From Armatimonadota bacterium (lineage in GTDB: Bacteria; Vulcanimicrobiota; JACPDS01; JBDRKI01), in assembly GCA_043814095.1 (NCBI GenBank), contig JBDRKI010000047.1, positions 1 to 21,481 of the forward strand: a stretch of DNA of 21,481 nucleotides. The letters run 5' to 3'. Positions 17,652 through 21,481 of the stretch are shown piece by piece. The notes below the pieces were generated by a model. That model made no database searches, was not told the origin of the DNA, and saw only the letters and a program-made list of their open reading frames with translations. Numbering within the stretch: position 1 is the first letter of the stretch; each line of letters opens with the position of its first letter. The position numbers and the translations under genes were made by a program.

Positions 17652-17678
17652 ATTCTTCATACCGGGTATAGTACCTTC
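17652..17678 (-). promoter_or_regulatory. SigH-like promoter of the beta-barrel gene
   Basis: Minus strand GAAGGTACT...AAGAAT, with AGGT (17676-17673), 17 nt, GAAT (17655-17652). Confidence 0.45.
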
Positions 17679-17718
17679 AATAATATAATTAATATAAGAA
17701 TGAAAGATATATATAAGG

Positions 17719-17761
17719 AAAATAAAAAGGGGCTGTATCTTTTAGAAAACATAGCCCCTTT
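17719..17761 (-). terminator. Intrinsic terminator downstream of lat
   Basis: Minus strand AAAGGGGCTAT...ACAGCCCCTTTTTATTTT; inverted repeat 17726-17736/17751-17761, 19 nt after the lat stop. Confidence 0.8.
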
Positions 17762-17780
17762 ATTTGCGTTTATCCTTAAT

Positions 17781-19136
17781 CTATATTTCCTTAAGCGTTT
17801 TCTCTAATACCTGCAGGGCCTCATTTATAATATTCTCATCCACGTCAAGATGGGGCCTGAACCTTATTCCCGTATGCCCGCTTGCAAGTCCTATAAAATT
17901 ATTATTTCTGAGCTTTGTAAGATATTTATCGCGCATCTGGGTAGTCGGCAGGTCAAATGCCGTAAAGAGGCCTTTCCCCCGCACATTTGATACTTTGTCA
18001 GGATATTTTTTCTGCAGGTCATAGAGGCCTTTGATAAACTTCTCACCCATTACGCGGGCGTTCTTTACCAGATTATCCTCCTGGATTATCTCAAACATCT
18101 TTGTTGCTCTTATCATGTCAACAAGATTCCCGCCCCATGAAGAATTAAGTCTGGATTTTAATTCAAAGCAGTTATCTTTAACTTCGCTTACCCTGTCAGA
18201 TACGCAGATGCCGCAGACCTGGGTTTTCTTGCCGAAGCATAAAATATCCGGCAGAACCCCGTAATATTCATGCGCCCACATCTTGCCCGTTAAGCCGATA
18301 CCTGTCTGGACTTCGTCAAATACAAGGAGAAGTTCATGTTCATCGGCAAGCCTTCTTAATTCCTTAAAGAATTCGGGCCTGAAGTGATTATCCCCGCCTT
18401 CACCCTGTATGGGTTCTATTACAATAGCACAGCACGAGTGAGGATACATTTTAAGGTAGTTTTCTATCATTAAAATAGAGTCTTTTTCTTCTTTCTCAAC
18501 ACGCTTTAACTCATCTTCGGTAACCGGGAAGCGGAGTTTGGGATTAGGGAACCTGGGCCAGTCAAACTTGGCAAAATACATGTATTTTCTGGGATCAGCC
18601 GTGTTTGTCATTGACATTGTGTAACCGGTTCTACCGTGGAATGATTCTTTGAAATGTATTACCCTGGTACCGTATTTTTCTTTCTCCTCATCGCCTTTGC
18701 CGACAATGCCGCGTTCTAGGTTCTTTCTTACCTTCCAGTCAAAAGCAACTTTCAGGGCATTCTCAACCGCCAGGCCGCCGCCGTCTATAAGGAAAAGATG
18801 GGGCAGTTCTTCGGGCGCGCATATTTTATAAAAAGTCTGCACGAATTCCGCCATCTCTATTGTATAAAAATCGGAGTTTGACGGCTTTATCTCCGCTGCC
18901 TTAAAAAGTTTTTTTGTAAATTCCGGAGTTTTTAATTTGGGGTGATTATACCCTATCGGGTAAGTCGCGAAAAACGAGAAGAAATCCAGAAGTTTTCTGT
19001 TATTCAAAGAATCATAAATATATGATCCTTCGGACCTTTCAAGATCCACGACAATGTCCGTGTACCCGTCAGCCAGCATATGCTTGCTTATTACCTTTAC
19101 CACATCTTTCGGCTGAATTTTTTCCTTGGTCAACAT
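17781..19136 (-). CDS. lat: L-lysine 6-transaminase (class III PLP aminotransferase)
   Basis: KPSNSD, AVENALKVAFDWK, FHGRTGYT.S.TNT, EPIQGEGGDNHF, FDEVQTG, FGKK.QVCG, SRLNSSWGGNL.DM.R motifs typical of Lat. Confidence 0.92.
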   Translation of the reverse strand: MLTKEKIQPKDVVKVISKHMLADGYTDIVVDLERSEGSYIYDSLNNRKLLDFFSFFATYPIGYNHPKLKTPEFTKKLFKAAEIKPSNSDFYTIEMAEFVQTFYKICAPEELPHLFLIDGGGLAVENALKVAFDWKVRKNLERGIVGKGDEEKEKYGTRVIHFKESFHGRTGYTMSMTNTADPRKYMYFAKFDWPRFPNPKLRFPVTEDELKRVEKEEKDSILMIENYLKMYPHSCCAIVIEPIQGEGGDNHFRPEFFKELRRLADEHELLLVFDEVQTGIGLTGKMWAHEYYGVLPDILCFGKKTQVCGICVSDRVSEVKDNCFELKSRLNSSWGGNLVDMIRATKMFEIIQEDNLVKNARVMGEKFIKGLYDLQKKYPDKVSNVRGKGLFTAFDLPTTQMRDKYLTKLRNNNFIGLASGHTGIRFRPHLDVDENIINEALQVLEKTLKEI

Positions 19137-19150
19137 GATACCTCCCTTAT

Positions 19151-20281
19151 TTATACTTTTACCTTTAATTTGCCGGCAATCTCGTTTGCCACTTCTAAAG
19201 TGGTATTTTTGCCGCCCATATCATATGTTTTCACTTTGCCTTCTTTTATCACTTCCTTAACCGCATTCTCCAGGGCCACGGCCTTATCCTTTTCTCCGAG
19301 ATAATCAAGCATCATTTTCGCTGCTAAAATAGTGGCTATGGGATTAACTTTATACTGGCCTTCATATTTAGGGGCCGACCCGTGAGTGGGTTCAAAAACA
19401 GCTGTTTTCTCCCCTATATTACCTGAGCACCCGAAACCGAGCCCGCCTACCATCTGCGCGCAGAGGTCTGATATAATATCGCCGTAAAGGTTAGGGGCGA
19501 CAAGCACATCATAATTATGCGGGTTCTTTAAAAGCCACATGCACATAGCGTCTATATTGGCATTATCCATCTGTATGCCGGGATAATCTTTTGCTACTTC
19601 TTTCCCCGTTTCCAGGAATAAGCCGTCGGTAGCTCTCACAACATTGGCTTTATGGACTATTGTGACTTTTTTACGCCCGTGTTTTTTAGCGTATTCAAAC
19701 GCCGCCCTTATAATACGCTCACAGCCGCTTTTTGTGTTCACCTTACAGGAGATTGCGTATTCCTCCCCTGGAAGAGAACTGAATTTTGAAAATGGTTTTG
19801 AAATTTTTGTTAAAGTATCCGAAAGCTCCTTGGGTACAGAGGAAAACTCCACTCCCGAATAAAGATCTTCGGTATTCTCCCTGAAAACAACAATATCTAT
19901 GTCTTCTTTGTAATTAAGTGTATTGCCCGGATATGATTTGCAGGGCCTTAAGCATATATAAAGATCAAAAAGCTGTCTCATCCTTACTATAGGCGAGCGG
20001 TAGCTTAGCCCCTTCCCTTTTAATTCATCAATAAGTTCCGCTTCGGCCTCTTTTACAGGCTTTGAAGTTATCGCGCCGAACATAGCCGCATCAACATTTT
20101 TAAGCATTTGGACGGTTCTTTCAGGAAATGCATCTGCTTCTTTCTGCCAGTATTCCCAGCCGATATCACCGTGAATATACTCGGCATCCAAACCAAGTCG
20201 ATCAAGGACAATCTTTGCCGCCTCCATAACTTCTTTTCCGACACCGTCGCCTGGAAGCCATCCGATTTTGTACTTTGCCAT
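19151..20281 (-). CDS. Isocitrate/isopropylmalate dehydrogenase-family protein, probable homoisocitrate dehydrogenase
   Basis: PGDGVG.EV, YRSPIVRMRQ.FDLY..LRP, RENTEDLY, HKANV, PNLYGDIISD, EPTHGSAPKY, NPIATI. Confidence 0.9.
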   Translation of the reverse strand: MAKYKIGWLPGDGVGKEVMEAAKIVLDRLGLDAEYIHGDIGWEYWQKEADAFPERTVQMLKNVDAAMFGAITSKPVKEAEAELIDELKGKGLSYRSPIVRMRQLFDLYICLRPCKSYPGNTLNYKEDIDIVVFRENTEDLYSGVEFSSVPKELSDTLTKISKPFSKFSSLPGEEYAISCKVNTKSGCERIIRAAFEYAKKHGRKKVTIVHKANVVRATDGLFLETGKEVAKDYPGIQMDNANIDAMCMWLLKNPHNYDVLVAPNLYGDIISDLCAQMVGGLGFGCSGNIGEKTAVFEPTHGSAPKYEGQYKVNPIATILAAKMMLDYLGEKDKAVALENAVKEVIKEGKVKTYDMGGKNTTLEVANEIAGKLKVKV

Positions 20282-20317
20282 ACCTTCCTCCTTATTTTCT
20301 TTAATTAGTTTTTTAAT

Positions 20318-20860
20318 TTATTTATAAAAATATTCCATTATTTCCGTATTCATAAAATCCAGTTTATTCACTATAACGGCTTCCGGCGTCCTTTTTATAA
20401 AATCTCCTTCTCCGGAATGCGCGCCTATTATATGAAGGACTTCATCGGGGATATTCTTGCCGTAAGCTATCCCCACACCGCTTAAAGGATGGCGCAGGTA
20501 TTTTCCGTTATCACTTAGAACAATCTCCCCGTCTTTTTTCGTATATTCCAGAAGTTTTCCCACATCATGCAGTAATCCCCCGCATATAAGATAATCAATA
20601 TCCAGGGCAATCTTACCTGCATAAATCTCTTTAAGCTTTACTCCCGTATCATAACCTGTCTGCGCGACAGCTCTTGTATGGTCAATAAGATTAACCGGAC
20701 AGTTTTTAATATGCAGTGTTGAGGGTATATCTTTTAAATCTTCTATCTCCCACTTCCCCTCGCGCATCGCGTCAATCCATACCTGAAGCGCGTTCTCGCG
20801 CAGTATATCATCTTTAATAAGAAGAAACTCCGGGATAATATCTGTAAGCTTGTCTCTCAT
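20318..20860 (-). CDS. HD-domain (HDIG-type) metal-dependent phosphohydrolase
   Basis: DHTRAV, LLHDVGK, LRHP..G, HIIGAHS, D. Confidence 0.88.
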   Translation of the reverse strand: MRDKLTDIIPEFLLIKDDILRENALQVWIDAMREGKWEIEDLKDIPSTLHIKNCPVNLIDHTRAVAQTGYDTGVKLKEIYAGKIALDIDYLICGGLLHDVGKLLEYTKKDGEIVLSDNGKYLRHPLSGVGIAYGKNIPDEVLHIIGAHSGEGDFIKRTPEAVIVNKLDFMNTEIMEYFYK

Positions 20861-20873
20861 AAAAACACCTGCA

Positions 20874-20910
20874 GTTTATCCGTCCCCGCGCAAAGCGGGG
20901 ATGGATAAAC
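20874..20910. repeat. 16-bp GC-rich inverted repeat (REP-like hairpin)
   Basis: GTTTATCCGTCCCCGC-GCAAA-GCGGGGATGGATAAAC between two co-oriented genes. Confidence 0.7.
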
Positions 20911-20919
20911 AAATATATT

Positions 20920-21417
20920 TTAACTGTTTGCGGCTTCCAGCACTTTTCTGCGGGCGTACGGGATAAGTCCGCCGGCATCAACAATGGCCTGGCGGGCCGG
21001 CGGAAGCGGTACCACCTTAAATGTTTTACCCTTTGTTTTATTTATAACTTCATCGGGCATTATATCAAGCTCATCGCCTTCGCTTGCTTCAATCTCCGGG
21101 CATATAACCGTATGCAGTCCGAGATTAATGGCATTCTGCAGGAATATCCTGGCAATTGATTTGGCAATAATTATGAAATCATACCCTTTTAAAGTTGATG
21201 CGGCCTGCTCGCGCGATGAACCGCACCCGAAATTATTACCGCCTATTATTACGCTTCCCTGCGAAACTTTACCTGATTTTAATTTATCGTTAAATTCTTT
21301 ATCATCCGCAAAAGCGTACTGCGGGGTCTCTGAAGGCAGAACGGTTGCCATAAACCTGCCGGGATAAATAATATCGGTTGATATATCATCACCTGTCTTA
21401 TACACTACTTTAGGCAT
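20920..21417 (-). CDS. Aconitase-family small (swivel) subunit: LeuD/HacB type, probable homoaconitase small subunit
   Basis: DDISTDIIYPGRF, NFGCGSSREQA, ARIFLQNAINLGL, GGLIPY. Confidence 0.9.
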   Translation of the reverse strand: MPKVVYKTGDDISTDIIYPGRFMATVLPSETPQYAFADDKEFNDKLKSGKVSQGSVIIGGNNFGCGSSREQAASTLKGYDFIIIAKSIARIFLQNAINLGLHTVICPEIEASEGDELDIMPDEVINKTKGKTFKVVPLPPARQAIVDAGGLIPYARRKVLEAANS

Positions 21418-21481
21418 GCGTTTTGCTCCTTTCTTTTGTGGGATCTGTAATCTTGCCGGTAATGGCGCTCACTGCCGCCAC
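21410..21481 (-). CDS. C-terminus of aconitase-family large subunit (LeuC/HacA type), partial
   Basis: Minus-strand reading VAAVSAITGKITDPTKERSKTHA*. A..SAITGKITDP is the typical LeuC/HacA C-terminus, and the stop overlaps the small-subunit start. Confidence 0.85.
   Translation of the reverse strand: MAAVSAITGKITDPTKERSKTHA

Noticed and set aside
1508-21367. The many 60-165 aa ORFs antisense to or nested in the called genes (e.g. 1508-1834, 12162-12593, 15332-15826, 17005-17439, 20984-21367)
   Set aside because: They overlap well-supported genes, mostly on the opposite strand, and show no recognisable motifs.
19151-21481. Plain leuCD/leuB leucine operon
   Set aside because: Not excluded, but the SSREQA, SPIV and HGSAPKY signatures and co-transcription with lat argue against it, so leu symbols were not assigned.

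Overview
Low-GC bacterial chromosomal segment, probably from a diderm because it encodes an outer-membrane beta-barrel. From left to right it holds: (1) the right end of an IS1202/ISNCY-type insertion sequence; (2) a sigma70-driven tRNA-Ala(GGC); (3) a HEPN/MNT toxin-antitoxin pair whose HEPN gene is broken by an in-frame TAG; (4) a pantothenate-to-CoA operon (panG-like, panB, panC, panD, coaBC, coaX) behind a pan-motif-like leader with a terminator/antiterminator, with panC frameshifted at an A9 run; (5) a convergent phospholipase D-family gene with five PLD repeats, only two of them catalytic; (6) a type IV pilin/pseudopilin cluster (three minor pilins plus a PilB/GspE ATPase) running into a signalling module (membrane protein, sensorless pseudo-histidine kinase-REC, cytoplasmic hybrid kinase, single REC), preceded by a SigH-like promoter; (7) a beta-barrel gene with a second SigH-like promoter; (8) the 3' part of a minus-strand operon: aconitase-family large and small subunits, HD protein, beta-decarboxylating dehydrogenase and L-lysine 6-transaminase. 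The best candidate for an undescribed system is this last operon. It looks like a route linking lysine to 2-oxoadipate/homocitrate, with no LysW genes in the window. All family assignments come from motif recognition by eye; no searches were run.
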